A stretch of 63,988 bases of DNA, counting the filler, from Circinaria calcarea (lineage: Eukaryota): the NCBI GenBank assembly GCA_051942165.1. It is 6 parts of 6 records of this genome, joined end to end, with 100 filler letters (N's around TTAATTAATTAA, not from the genome) between each part and the next. Parts side by side here need not be neighbours in the genome. Positions count along the whole stretch, not along the records: positions 10,904 to 21,685 come from JAVECS010000760.1; positions 21,786 to 32,564 come from JAVECS010000761.1; 4 more parts are not named here. One strand, 5' to 3'. The notes beneath the pieces were generated by a model that saw only the letters and a list, made by a program, of their open reading frames with translations, ran no database searches and was not told the origin of the DNA. How positions within the stretch are numbered: the stretch's first letter is position 1; each line of letters opens with the position of its first letter. The translations under genes were made by a program, and so were the position numbers. Shown one piece after another: positions 11,401-24,730 of this stretch.

Positions 11401-13618
11401 CTATTTGCCTCTCCTTCGCTTCCAGATCTGTCTCCTCCTCCTCATCCCGCTCATAAGGTCTTCCGCCCAGGACTTCGCAGCTTGGAGTTTAGAGACGAGA
11501 TACGCCCACCAGTTGCTAGGATTTTCGTTGTGTTCCTCTGAAGTCTTATCTGGAGTGGTTGAAGGGGTGGAAGATGGAGTAATTACGGCGGAGGGAGTTG
11601 GATTTTCCGGTTTGATGGGGGAAGAAAAGGTTATTACAGTGGAGGACGCTTGGGATGATGATGGTCGAAGGTCCGTTGCGGTTTCTCCTTCCGCAAATGT
11701 GGCTGAGGAGGATTTTGGATCGAAGTGGAGACCGATGGGTTTGAATGGGAGACGGAGCGTGCCGTTATTGGGTTTTGGTATTATACCGAGAGAGTCGCAG
11801 ATGATGTTGTAGACCTCAATGTTCTCTGGTAGAGTAGTTAGTATCCAGCACTGAATACGTTGTACTTTTGCGAGTCCACTTACGGAATATCTCTAGCCGA
11901 CTACCAGGCTGGTGAGGGAAAGCAGGACCCTTGGCAACGAATATCGCTCGCATCAACGGGTGTTCATGATCGTAGCCATGCAGCCCGCGCGGTCGGTAGA
12001 CTTGGCCTGTCTCCTTTGCTTTCTCAATGTCAAAGTCTTTTTTGTGAACGATCGCCCAGCCGGTTTTAGGTACTATCCACAGTGGAGCTATACGATCGTT
12101 ATTGCTAAAATGATACCTTTCTGGCATATTCTCGTCTTTGAGGTATACCTCAAGATTGGGGTTTCTTGCAGAATCCTCAAGGAGCTGGCCATATATATTG
12201 TGTAGGTCATTTGGGTCCTTTGGCCGCAAACCATACAGAGGCCAGCCATCAACATGCTCAATAAGGTTAGTATCTACCAGGTCATCGAACTGTATCAGCC
12301 GGTCTATCGAAGTCGTTGCCATTCCATGATCAGAGACCACGACGACATTAACAAGGTTGGTCAGGTTTCGGTTTTGTAGGCCTTCGAATAGATGATGTAA
12401 CATCATATCCACTTTAGATATAGTCTGACGGATCTCCGTGCTATTAGGACCATAAAGATGGCCATGAGTGTCGACGTTTGGTACGTATGCTGCGATAAAC
12501 TGTGGGCGTTGGGTCGATATTGTCAAGATGCCAGGATCATACTCGCTCGGATGGTCGAGAAGTTGTAAAATTCTGTCAACTTTGCGGGAAAGAACCTCGC
12601 TGCCGTTGAATTTATCGAGATAAGTCGGTTCTCTCTGGATATGTGCCTCACTTCCAGGCCACATGTGGATAGCACTCCTAACATCCTGGTTCTCGGCTGT
12701 AACCCAAAGAGGCTCCCCACCAGTCCACCATTTCGGCTGCATGCTTCGGGATGGATCAGTATAGTAGAATTCCTCTTCCAAGCCTGGATCCCAAAAGCTA
12801 TTTCCAACTACACCATGACTTTCAGGGTAGAGACCTGTGACTAACGTATAGTGATTTGGAAAAGTCACACTGGGAAAACTAGGAAGCATATATTTTGGTG
12901 AAACACCTTCGGCGATGAACGAGTTGAGCGTAGGGGTAAGCCCTCGTTCTAGGAAGTCTGCTCGAAAACCATCCAGAGATATCAGAATCGTAGTTGGAGC
13001 AAAGTTGGAAGTTCCATTTGACAATATAGAGAGTGTATATTTTCGGTGTGAGGCACGAGACATTCTATGAGCCCCAAACACTAACGCACAAAAGAGCCCA
13101 AGTATCCCTATTGATATGAAGATGAGATGTAGTATTTTCGCAAATCGGCTCGTCTTCGTAAAGGTCCCTTTCTCATGATATCTTTCCATAGAGTTTCTTG
13201 AAGACTCGGAGCTGGAGTCGTTCAATTGGCCACCTTCTATCTCAAACATCAGCTGGCCCTCATCCCCGTGCCGTCTCTTATCTTTATTTGTATTCTTCCT
13301 ACGCTCACGCCTCTTCTGTTGCTTCCTCTGCTTCCGACTCATTCGAACTAAACCTTCGTTGTCGTTGTGACCTGCACCGAGTAAAACCCTCAATCCGGAG
13401 TAAGGTTTTGGTCTACTCAGGATTCTCTCCCGTTCCTCCTCTTCTTGTAGCAATTCCCAATCACAGTCCCTAACCGAAGCAGATTCGTGTCCCCCATGAC
13501 CAATGGTATTATTCTCCGCATCGGACTCATGATCTTGGTCGATATATCTAGCATCACGGTCGTAGAATGTTTGGCCCGTCAAGCTCGACGCGTTTGCTAA
13601 CTCCGTATTCCCTGACAT
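11401..13618 (-). CDS. NPP1: Ectonucleotide pyrophosphatase/phosphodiesterase (type I phosphodiesterase), membrane-anchored
   Basis: Motifs ISLDGFRADFL, FPSVTFPNHYTLVTGLYPESHG, D..GH.YGP, SDHGM, GLHGYD; TM helix before the domain. An intron at ~11826-11883 restores FQNIEVYNIICD; stop TAG at 11401-11403. Confidence 0.92.
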
Positions 13619-14704
13619 CTGGCAAGATTAACGTTGTCTAATGAATGTGGGTTTTCATCTTAGAGGATCTGTCATCTCGTTACTCTTGTCATGGCGGTGC
13701 TATGCTTTTTGTACGACAGGAATCATTGCATCGGTCGTAAGGCTTGTGCTTAGTAAAATGGAGAGAGTTGTAGGCCGGTGAAGATCTGTAAGGAAATATT
13801 ACAAAGGTATAAGCTATCGGAGGAGCGGAATAATAGTGTCCCCAGCCAATACATACATAGGCTTAGAGTAAGCCTTATAATAGCGTACCAAGATATACGC
13901 TGCACATCGCAAAAGTAAAAGAGCTTAAAAAATATTTGGGAGGTTTAGCAAAATTCTGTAAAAGGTGTATTATGTACGGAAGGCCGGCACCGACACCTTA
14001 AGCCTGATGTGGGAAGACCTAAGTGACAGGCATATTATGCTGGCCTAAAATCTGCGTCTCCGTATTGGTCAGAAGTGGTCCCACTAGCATAACATAGCTC
14101 CGTTGTTAATAATATTGGAGCTACGTAAAAGCTAAACTGGGGCTCCCTCCAGAGTAGGGTATGGATTGGCTGGGAGTACAGTTATTCCGGGCCTACCTAA
14201 CATCCTCCGAGCATAACAAAAAAATCCTAAACCCCCCAATTAATAAGAATTATCGTTATTATCATCGCCGCGAAATTTATAGGGAGACTTGGCCGGGTAA
14301 GAATTGAAGGGCTTAAAATAATTTTAATAACAATATATACTAGTTACTGTTTTAGGAATTAAATATAATACTCGATCGACCCAAATAGGCAGAAAAAGGA
14401 CCTTAGGCCTTGTTCCCCGTGAGGTTAAAACTCCGCTTTCTCCCAACCAGCATAAACCTATTTACCCCCTCTCTCCCCTCGTTCGAGCGGCTTGCATGGC
14501 CGCCTTTCTCGAGAAATAAACGTAAACTATGGCTTGCAAATTCATAGTTCACATCAAAACGAATGTTTCCTTATATTGCTTTTGCTGCCGAAAGGGGACA
14601 TTCAAGTGATGCCTATTTAATGATTGAGCCGTTTTTTCTGCGCGTTACACGCTATATGTATTATTGGATCCTAAACTTCTACACCTGGATTCCACACATT
14701 CGCA

Positions 14705-17051
14705 TTATCGAATAGTAATTCGCTTTCTACTAACTCCATTAAACAATCTCATCGCGTGGAATTCAGGTGGCTTGCAGTAAAACTTGAAGAAACCAATTCT
14801 TTCAAACCACGGCGGGTTTTTCTCACTAGACTGGACAAGGAGCACCAAGCCACATATTTGCTGCCATTCAGGCTCTGCAGCGACACTTGAGTCACTATCC
14901 TGGTAATCATGGGGCAAAACGGTGAGCAACGGGAGCAAGCATATATGCTGCGTCTGGTCGCTGATTAAAGGTAGGTCAAGATGAAATCTCTCCAGCTCCT
15001 TGCCTTCTTCATAAAGAATATGAATGCTTTCGTAACCTTTGATATCCGACCATTTGGAGAAGGATGGGGATTGTACCTTTCTTAGCGGCCCTATGATCTC
15101 CATGGAAGCTGCGTGAACTTGGCCAGTACCGCTCATGTCGCTAGGATGAGTGGCAACGTTGACGGAGACAATGTCAGCAAGCAGGCTAATGCGTTCAGAC
15201 AAGAATATAGGTTGCCAGTAGAGAACGATGCCATCTCTGGATGCCCAAGACCAACTTGGGGCACGATATTTGGCGGGAGGAGGCTGCAGATTCATCTCGA
15301 TGTACCAACAGAGGTTATACTGAAGCGTTTCCTTCCAGAGCCCCGCAAGGTATTTGAACATTGTTTTCTGTTGAATTCGGTGAGCGATACTCGATATCGC
15401 AATAAGCTTATCTCCGCCCACAGTAAGCTTGCATTTAGAATATTCCGAGACAAGGCTGAGCCATTCACGATTAAATGCCAACATGGATTTAATGTCCGAT
15501 GGATCAAGGTTTCCAGTCATGAGAGAATCAAACAAAGTGCGGCCGTAAATTGGTGGTTTAACTGATCTCCACTCGAGAAAACCCACGGAAGGACCAAATA
15601 TTGGTTGGAAATCGATTAATGTGATATCGCCCGAGCCGACCACATTGATCTCACTTGCTTGGCCTTGAAGACAGGTCCAGTACATAACTGGGTTGCCAAA
15701 GTGTACCATACAAGGGGAGATAATCCGCTCCTGGAGAACCCAGGCTCTAGTGACCAACGGCGAATTATTGACAACTCCCCAGGTGTCCTGGTTAGTAGGA
15801 CACGCAAGTATACCTTCCTTTATATCTCCAGCAACTCTACAATTGAGAAATTTTAGTGGATCCCTCGTGACAAAGCAACCCCCTTGGGCGTCAGTTGCAG
15901 CTGCTGCTGCGATTGTGCACACCGAGTTCTCGTAGATAGAGCCCATGGTGGCTGATTCTTTGACCCAATCGTCCTTAGAATCCTGAATTATGCACAGCGA
16001 ATCGATCCATATATATTCAAGGCCCACACCTATCGAGATTTCGACAGCATCCTGAAAGGTACGCGGAAGGTGCGCAAAAGGGATGTCCTCCTGGAATATG
16101 GTGAAGTACTCAGATGTGAGCTTTGTAACGTTTTGCGCATTGCCCCAGCAGTGAGACAGTGCCAGATATCTTAAATTGCGATCTGCTGGAGTTGTTTGGT
16201 ATAGCTTCACTGCCGGGTGAGCCTCTCCATTGCTGCTGACATGAATGAGACGTGATGGCACGAAACCCGTTCGAACAGCGTTACAGTGGGCATGCTTAGC
16301 AGCGCATTCGTTAATCCAGAAGCTGAGCAGCCTTTTATGCTCTAGAGATGAAGTGGTAAAATATCGCTGGGCGGGGTAGGTACTTATCAATCTTTCACCT
16401 TCGGCGTCTAGCAGTAATTAGTTGTTCGTACTGTCATGGAGAGATTAGCTTAATCTACTAACACTTATCGACCTTCGACCACATTCCACACGGTCCCCAG
16501 TTATGAGGTTGCTGACGGCCCTTTAGTATTGCATCAAAGATGATCTCGATAGCAAACTCTCCAGTAGAAGAAGATGATGATGTTATTTCAATTTGAACAG
16601 GTTTGGATGGTGATAAAGAGGGAACAGGAGCAGACGCATCTTCAGATATGCTTTGCTGAGGATCTGGCGTGCTCTTTTGAGTGGCTACCATTTTTTTCAA
16701 AGAGCCTTCCTTATCCTCCAGAGCCTCCCATACCAGAGAGCAAAAGTGACACCGCTGGCCGACTGATCGTTCAAGATCTATAATGGAGGTATGAAGAGTG
16801 AAGGTCTCAGTCATTGGCGAGATCCAGAAAAATGAGCCTCTAACAATCTTTGACCTGGAAAAGACTCTCCGGCATGATTTGCACAGTATATGCAGGCAAC
16901 AGGTTTCAGCAGTGATATCAACCGGTTCGATGGCCAGTGGACTGCCGCCTGTTTTCCTAAAGCGAGGCTTTTGGATCATATACTTTGAAAGCTTTGAAGT
17001 CCAAAAATAACGGCTTAAAGTATCGAGCAGCAATTCCGGAATTATAAACAT
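14705..17051 (-). CDS. HET (heterokaryon incompatibility, TIR-like) domain protein
   Basis: Motifs YLALSHCWG, LPRTFQDAV, YIWIDSLCIIQD, MGSIY, RAWVLQER, DKLIAISS, YLAGLW, APSWSWAS. Upstream exon 16458..17051 has LC..C...H....L..S...C.FC. The exact intron donor is uncertain. Confidence 0.88.
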
Positions 17052-18116
17052 AGCGATTATAATTTATATAGCTTATTATGAACAAATGGAGGTGGAATAG
17101 GCTATATTGGCTATGGTAACTACCACTCTATGTGTATGGACTTCACTATGGAATTGTATAGCGGAAGACTCTGCTACCTATGGGTTGCGGGAATTAGTTC
17201 ACCCGCTCCGTCCTCCGATTTCATAACCCTCTATTCTTGACACTAGGCCTAATTTACTAGTGTATCCCGAGCTGATTAGGTTAAATTAGATTACTGAATT
17301 AATTTAAATGGTTTCCTATTATTCCCTTTTCGAAAAAATTCATCTTGAACCGAGCTACTCCAACGCAAGTCTCCCGGCTCGGAGAACTTGGATTGAAAGA
17401 AGCACAGCGGACCCTATTAGCGCATGCTAGGATAAGTGCAGAGGAGGGGGTGAGGAGGGGTGGGGTTAGTTGGCAGGAATTTCAAGGCCCAGTAGGATAA
17501 AAAACGGGATATACCTGTGATATCCAGGGCCGGGGGAGGGGAATCTATATCCGCTATTGGATGATATAGGTACTAGGATTCTTCACTAATGAGTGAGAGG
17601 GGAGGTGGGGGCATATGGCTGCAAATGAAAATTGTTGTAATGAGAATCGGTAAATGGAACCTGTATACATGGGTATAAACTTAAGAGCTTGTTGTAAACT
17701 CCGAGGCTCCCTATAAGCCATATCCAATAACTTTACTCCACCAATACCCATCCCTCAGACCGCTGCTCGAACAGACCGTGACTGTGCTAAGCCCGATTTC
17801 TGATCCGTGCCAACCCTGCCTCGTCACCGGTAATCCATGCCTTGTAATCTAGGACTGCAGAGCTTTGGTCTCATTGAGCACCGGTCAGAAGGATGACTAG
17901 AATTTAGCCTCCATCGAATAGCCATAAGGGCTGAATCGTATCATCAACTCCTGCCCAAACTGCTTTGGATCTCATCCAGCCTTGCGGAACCCAGATTCCC
18001 CGTCGCGAGGCTCCACAATATTCCCCTAGTTAGACGTCATCTTGTTCTCTGCAGGAGGTCCTTCTGGGGATTGCTTCTGCGAGTAGGTTATACTTTCTTG
18101 AACAAGTGAGCATCTC

Positions 18117-20092
18117 TCAGGAGTTTGAAAGCAACCGAGGGTCAATAGATTCAATGCTATCATTGGATTTAGGTGTGAGAGCGAAACCGCTAGAAATGCT
18201 CATAGTATTCTCTGAGTAAGTGGTGAAGTCTGAGTTTCCGCCCGAAGCATTCGAGCGTATGCTAGCAGGTTCCCCCAGTTGCGGCCTAACACTCATTGAT
18301 ATATTGCGTAGTGGCCGATATGAATAAGAAGGTGACGCGGCCATTCCCATCTCCAAGGACTGCGAACAGTAGCCCGCCTCGTTTTCTGCAGAAAGTTGGT
18401 CTAAGAGGACGGATTCTGAGTATAGGCCGGTAGACTCAGCGTCTAACGGCAAGTATGATGTACTAGATCTGAAACCCTCGTCCGACATAAACCCATGTTG
18501 CTGATAATCCATAGGAGCTGATCCTTGACGAGGATTGTTTTGAAGGGGCGAAATGGAGGCCATATTGAAAAGCTCATTAACGTTCTCTGTCCCAGAGGTG
18601 CCTTGATATGTTGGGAGTGGAAGCCAGTGTGACTCTATTGGGTTCTCTATGGTGGAGTTAACCACTGCTGTGTTTTGGAGCTGCTCGCTGTACGGAAATG
18701 CTGATGGTGATCCCGCATTACTCAGAACATCGACGCTAGGATGTCCGCTACTCTCAAGCAAAGCTTCGTTTATTGCAGGTAGCATGCGGGCAGGTTCTCT
18801 AATCATTCGATTAGGAGGAAGATCCCTGAGTCCTCTCGAGTTGTTGATGTATGCGTAATTCGTTTCATGGGCAGCACCGACGTTATGCCCGTGCTCAACG
18901 TAATCCCGCCCTTGTATTGTGATCGGCATCGCGAATGGGCTGGAAGTATGCGGAAAACTGTTCCTAATCTCACGTACATCGCTTCCCTCTGACCGTGGGG
19001 ACGCTGCATGAAAGCTCTGATCATCAGCACGGGGCGAAAAGATAGCATTCCCTCGTTCGAAATTCCTTCGAGATGTGGGTCGTCGTTGTCGTTGTCGTCG
19101 TGGTGGGAGGCGTACTCCCGCAGAAAAGGTGCTGAGCCTTGCGGAAGCTTCATTTTGTCCTATTGATCCATCACGGGCTGCAGGAGCAAGGGTCCTCAGA
19201 GTAGATGTACTTTGTTGCACATTTTCAGCTACCCCTGGTGGCGATATCATACTGTCTCCATTGATAATAGCCTCAAGCTCCTGCAGCACATGAGAACACT
19301 AAGCTTGCTGTTAGTTGAAGCTACAACCTCATGCAAGCTATAACTTACACGCTTTTTCTTTTTCCTACAATCCGTGCAAGAACCTCCGTTATTCCGGGTA
19401 TGGGCGGTCTGAGCTCTACTGTTGGGACTTAGAGGTCGCCTAGGAGCTCTCGTAGCGGGTTCCCCAGTCACGGCTGAAAAGCTTGACTCTCCAGGCAGTC
19501 GGACAGCATAAACAAACAGGTCTTCGCTTACAGGGTTTTCTTGATTGAACAGATAGTATTCGAGGAGAGACGCTGCACTGGTTGAACCAAAACGTGAACC
19601 TTCCAGGATATTTCCTTCCGAATTCCATATCTTTGTCTGGCCCTCCACAGCTGTAAAGGAAGATTTAATACCATGCTTGGTAAATGTCTGCTCAGAGCTT
19701 GGTACTGAGTCATGAGATGATGAACGACTCTTAGCAGCAGCATGTTCGGGGAAGCTTTGAGGATGCGCGAATCTGGAAGATGCACTTTGCTTCCTGAAAG
19801 ACTCATCCTGGTCCGTACGGGTTACCGATGGAGGAATTTGCTTCTGCGGCGTAACATGGCCTTTGTGGGCTGCCGAAAATGACGGGTTCTCCTCGATAAC
19901 TTCATCCTGGGGGACAAGCTGGGCCTGTCGGTCAAAGGGACCTGAAGGTGGTACAGCAGACCCCCCAGAGTATTCGAGAGTACACTCTTTGGTCCTACGT
20001 CGACTGCAAATTGGACAGAAATCCTGCAGAATAATGCTCAGTGGGCCATCACTGCAATAAGAGCAAAACCAGAGGTCGGGCCCGGAAGGCAT
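18117..20092 (-). CDS. Putative transcription factor with N-terminal Cys-rich zinc ribbon and truncated Zn-cluster-like motif
   Basis: MPSGPDLWFCSYCSDGP...CPIC...C at the N-terminus. RRPLSP..RAQTAHTR..GGSCTDCRKKKKR|CSH spans an intron (~19299-19348) and is followed by a low-complexity tail. Confidence 0.6.
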
Positions 20093-21354
20093 CGGATCTC
20101 TCGAGCTATGATATTCAAGCGAGCCAATGGGCGGCTTCGATCTAATCACGGCCAAAGGTACCCAGTACTCCGTACCTTTTAGGGTACCTGAAACTATCAA
20201 TGAGGTGAATAACGGTGGAATCTCTTTTCGCAAGCTCGATGGATCAAAAGGTAAATCAGAATCAATCTACGGGGCTGCTATCAAGTATATACCCACCATT
20301 CCCCCGATATCATAGGTGAATCCAAGGCCTCTCCCCGACAACCGAAAGCAGTAAGCAGCAAGCAGCTTTGACAGGGGATCACAGGAAAACCCCGAAAAGT
20401 GGGAGGAAATCTCCCACGCGTCCAACGCTAGCATCTGTAATGCGCGTAGAAAGTTGGTATTTCCGGACAACCCCAGGAAAATCGTTGCGGGGGGAGGATA
20501 CGCAAGCTTTCGTACAGAGAGCGGCAGCTCGGGCTAGAATACACAGGGGCCGTATTATGATTAAGTTTTCCCCACACAAAAACGCCACCCTGGTGTATTC
20601 TAGTCCGAGCTGTCTCTGCCCTCTGTACTACAATCGGGTGGCAGGCAAAACATTTCGTAACGTCTTGGCAGGCTCGGCAATGCTGCTTTTATATATCAGC
20701 CCTGATGACATAATCGATTAAATAGCCGTGCACAGATTTATGTGGCATGATTGAGTATATAAAAAGGCAAGAGATTTTACCCTGCGAGATCTGCAGCGCT
20801 ACAATGCCTGCCACCATCCCAAGCCCTACCCGTAACACTAGACCTTGTTGGTAGGGTACCAAGGGTACCACCCTAATCCCAAAAGGGAAAGCGGCCGCAA
20901 GCACCAATGATCGGGTCTCTGATTATCCTACTCCACAGTCTGGAACAACTCCGAATGCAGGCGCGCATACGTGTAAATAAGGTGGCTAAGGTACTCCGGC
21001 TGAGTTGGCATCGCTGAACCATGTATGTGGAACTGGGATATCCCGATTTATACCATACTACTGTTTCAAGGTGTCAGGAAACTGTGTATGACCCCAACCG
21101 TAGGTATAGCCAATGCGAACGAAGAGAGAAAAAATACATAGCTAACTAAAGTAACTCGATACAACGTCCACTGCGAGACTGCGCGAGTATTCTTAATGCT
21201 TTCCTAGTGAGTGAAAAACCTCCGAGTCAACGATTTCTATACCAACTTCCCAGTGTTGCCGACCATACACACGTGAGAGACGTTCCTTTGCAGTCAGACA
21301 TAGCACCGTACAGGCTGCCTTCTACCTTTTCCGTAAATCTCCCCCAAGGTCAAC

Positions 21355-21685
21355 TCAGCGTTTTTCTGGACCCGAACCCGAATCGTCAGTGTACTTTTCG
21401 TTACGGTAGCCCTCTTTCCCCGCCATATATGGCGATTTCTCTATCCTGGTTCTCTCAAAGTATGTCGAGACATCACTCGACCAGACGCTGTCATCCTGAA
21501 CATAGCCATCATGGAACCCGCCCTCGTCTAGTTTAAAGGCTTGGGTAGCCTCCCAGTCCGATCGCATCTCTTCAATCTTCTGCTTGTAGTCCAGCTCCGG
21601 ATCATAGTGCTTGCCGACGCCCCTCCATCGCTCATACAAAGATAGATGTTTGGGATGAACAGCGACACCATGATAGTCTTGTTCC
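21355..21685 (-). CDS. 3' fragment of a hypothetical gene cut by the contig end
   Basis: Open frame running from the contig boundary to a stop at 21355; no recognisable motif. Confidence 0.3.
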
Positions 21686-21785
21686 NNNNNNNNNNNNNNN
21701 NNNNNNNNNNNNNNNNNNNNNNNNNNNNNTTAATTAATTAANNNNNNNNNNNNNNNNNNNNNNNNNNNNNNNNNNNNNNNNNNNN
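21686..21785. other. Artificial contig linker
   Basis: N44-TTAATTAATTAA-N44. Confidence 0.98.
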
Positions 21786-23187
21786 TGATACGGAGAACGC
21801 CTTAGCCGTTAAGAAAATGGCCGATCTGAATAGAGCCCTCCATGATGCTCAACAGTCGAAAGGCGGTGATGTGATGGCAGCTTTCACAATCATGTCTGGA
21901 GACGACAAATCTCTCTTCGATGTTCCTGGATCGGACTGTCATCGAGCTTGGCTTGGAATTATCTCAATCATGAAGAAGAGGTGGTGGAACAGAACTTGGG
22001 TTTTCCAAGAAGCTACTGTACCCGATCCTCCAGATCAAAAGACATGGTTCTTTTGCGGAGAGCTCTCTGTGCCTTGGTCATACGTTGCAGCAGCGATTTC
22101 TGTCAGTGGGCATCTTGCCTCCATCCCTCAATTAGATACCACGTTTCTACTTGATGTCATCTATGGCCCTCCCAGAACTCTGCTCAGCGTTTTGCTAGCT
22201 CGGGAGAGGGCTTCGCCACTTCAATTCTTAGATCTGTTGCAAAAGTTTCGAGAGACAAACTGTACCGATCCTCGGGATAAAGTATATGCGCCTTTGTGTC
22301 TCGCCATGGATGTACCTGAAGACGGAATCAAGCCGGATTACGGGAAGAGTCTAGAGGCAGTGTACTTTGACGTTGTGAAGTTCCAACTGACTAGGCCTGG
22401 GCACGAATTGGACTTTCTGGGCTACGTTATCAGATCGTCCGCTGACTTATTGATTGTAGGGAATGATTATGAGCCGCTGAAAGCTAGCTGGATTCTCGAT
22501 TGGAGGGATCATATAGTTATCCCTCCGTTTCCGAAGGTCATGAAATTTCAGGACCCTGTTAGTGGAGTATTGTCCCGGACAGATGTTTATAGGGCCGGCC
22601 GAGGCCGTCCCGTAAAGTTGGACACGACTGGTCTTTATCTGGATGTTCAAGGCTGTCAAGTAGACATAATCGATCAGCTGTCTTATATATGGAGAGATAT
22701 TGATGACCCGAGCAACATCAGGGACTGGAAACCTGAGAATGCACCTCGACTCTATCCTACTGGGGAAGCACTCAGTGCCGCTCTCTTGAGAACTGTGGTA
22801 GCAGACGTGAAAGGCGAGTTCAGTGAACGGATCTCTCAACGCAAAAATTCAATGGATTGGACCCACTTCAACACTGGAAATGATCAGCTGACCGGCGACC
22901 AAAGGAATCGTAAAGACCGGATGGAGGTTGCCGTACATAAGGCGAGCTTCGGACGGCGACTCTGTTGGACAAGAAAAGGATACGTCGGGGTCGTACCAGC
23001 TGCCTCAAGAGTAGGCGATTCAATCTGCGCCTTTTTTGGAGGGCAGGTCCTTTACGTTTTACGGGAAAGAGAAAACCCATCATATGAGTTCATGGGTGAG
23101 TGCTATGTCCATGGACTCATGGATGGGGAAGTATTGGAATGGGTGGAAGATGGGACGGTCGCTGCCGAGACCTTTAGACTTGTTTGA
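21786..23187 (+). CDS. HET-6-like heterokaryon incompatibility protein (5' end missing)
   Basis: Motifs WWNRTWVFQE, CTDPRDKVYA, SW..DW, GRRLC.T..GYVG.VP...RVGD.I..F.GG...Y.LR, GECYVHGLMDGE. Confidence 0.88.
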
Positions 23188-24730
23188 CAAACAATCCTGT
23201 TTCCCCACCCGGTTTAGTATCTTAAGGCAGTTTGGGCGCCTTCTTCCGAATTCTCGGAGCAAAAGTGTAGAGCAAGATGTCAAAGGAGAAAGAGATGTTG
23301 TATGCTAGGATAGCGTAGGAACCGCTTAATCCACGTCACCGCTTGATCACCTCACTCTATCACTGCCCATCGACCAACTACACCCTGATCTCCTAGCGGA
23401 ATAGGCACAGCACAGTATGCGGGTCTCAGTTCTTCTCCTGTGGCAGATTGCCTTCCTTGGCCATAATGACCTCGAATCAGCAGTGCCTATATGTTTAGCA
23501 ACCATAGGCATTTCTGCACTTCCACCAGGAGAAAGTTTGGGCAGAAGCAAGACACCGTCAGGAAGATACCTAAGTAACCCAGAACACAAAAAACTGGTGT
23601 CGGTGGTGATCATCTGCTTTACATCGCCCTGCACGAGTTGTACATCGGCGTCTAGTCATGTTAGATGGCCGTGCAAGTCGAATATCTGTGCTTCTAAGTC
23701 TGACCCTCGAGACCCCTAACACGGCGATTCATGAGATCATCCTTTTTACAGCAAGCCGGATTTTTATGTTCGATATCTGCTCTCATCTTATGAACAGAAG
23801 GGTTGAGTTAATGTTAATGCTAGTCTTTAAGTTAATGCTGTACGGGCAACTTTCATGTGCATGATGTTCCTGCTATATATCCTTTTAATTTACGAAGGAA
23901 AAAACGAATCGATAACACAAAACTAAGCCCATTACGAACATCCCTTGTTCCGTTCGAGCAAATTGACGATATCAAGTCAATTTTTTTAAATTATCCCCCC
24001 ATAGTGATAAATACCATATCCTAAAAAGTCCCGGTTCCATAAGAAGGCCCGCCTAAGGAAAAAAACCAGGTTTTTTTTTGGAAATTCTTGATAAAATAAA
24101 TTATAGTAGTATGTTTTCTGCTATAGTAAAGCTAAAAGAGCCCCCCTTTGGGAGTTTTACGGAAGTAATTAATTCAATTAATTTAATACTAAAGAATGCA
24201 AGTTTTTTGTTATGGGGGAACTAAATTTCCACTTTTCAAGAGAGCGGGGGGGTTTTTTATAGGATTAAAATATGTGGTGGATTCGGAACCTCTTTTTTCT
24301 TTTTTTTTTTGGCGGGGGGGGGGGGTTATATCCTCTTCTCCTCCTTGCGGGAAGTGCAGCATGTATAGGTGCTCCATGTATTTTCTTCATTGCAACGTAT
24401 CTAACTACCATACAGCCACCACCCCTCCCAAAAAAGCTTTTTTTTGTATTGTTCGAGAGAGGAGTTGAGCATAAATTTTCGTATATCCGTAGATGACATT
24501 CACACGTGATTCGGTAATCTCTATGCATTTTCCAGCAAGGGGGGGAGGGGTAGTACTGCAACGCATTCCTTGATTGTAGGGCCTACTTATCTTTGACCTT
24601 AGACACGAGAGTGCAAGAACCTCATGGTAGTTTCAAAACTTTTTCCCTACGGCCTCCACCTAAGTTAAAACTGCACCTAGATCACACATCCAGCGACCGC
24701 TCTTCTTCCCCTCCCCTCCCCTCCCCTCCC

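Noticed and set aside
13700..14520. Transposon remnant
   Set aside because: TA-rich and ORF-less, but no TIR, LTR or transposase motif could be identified.
14705..23187. Cluster of two HET genes
   Set aside because: They lie on different contigs separated by an artificial linker.
23300..23870. Short ORFs between the HET-6-like and CHAT genes
   Set aside because: No recognisable motif or consistent gene structure.
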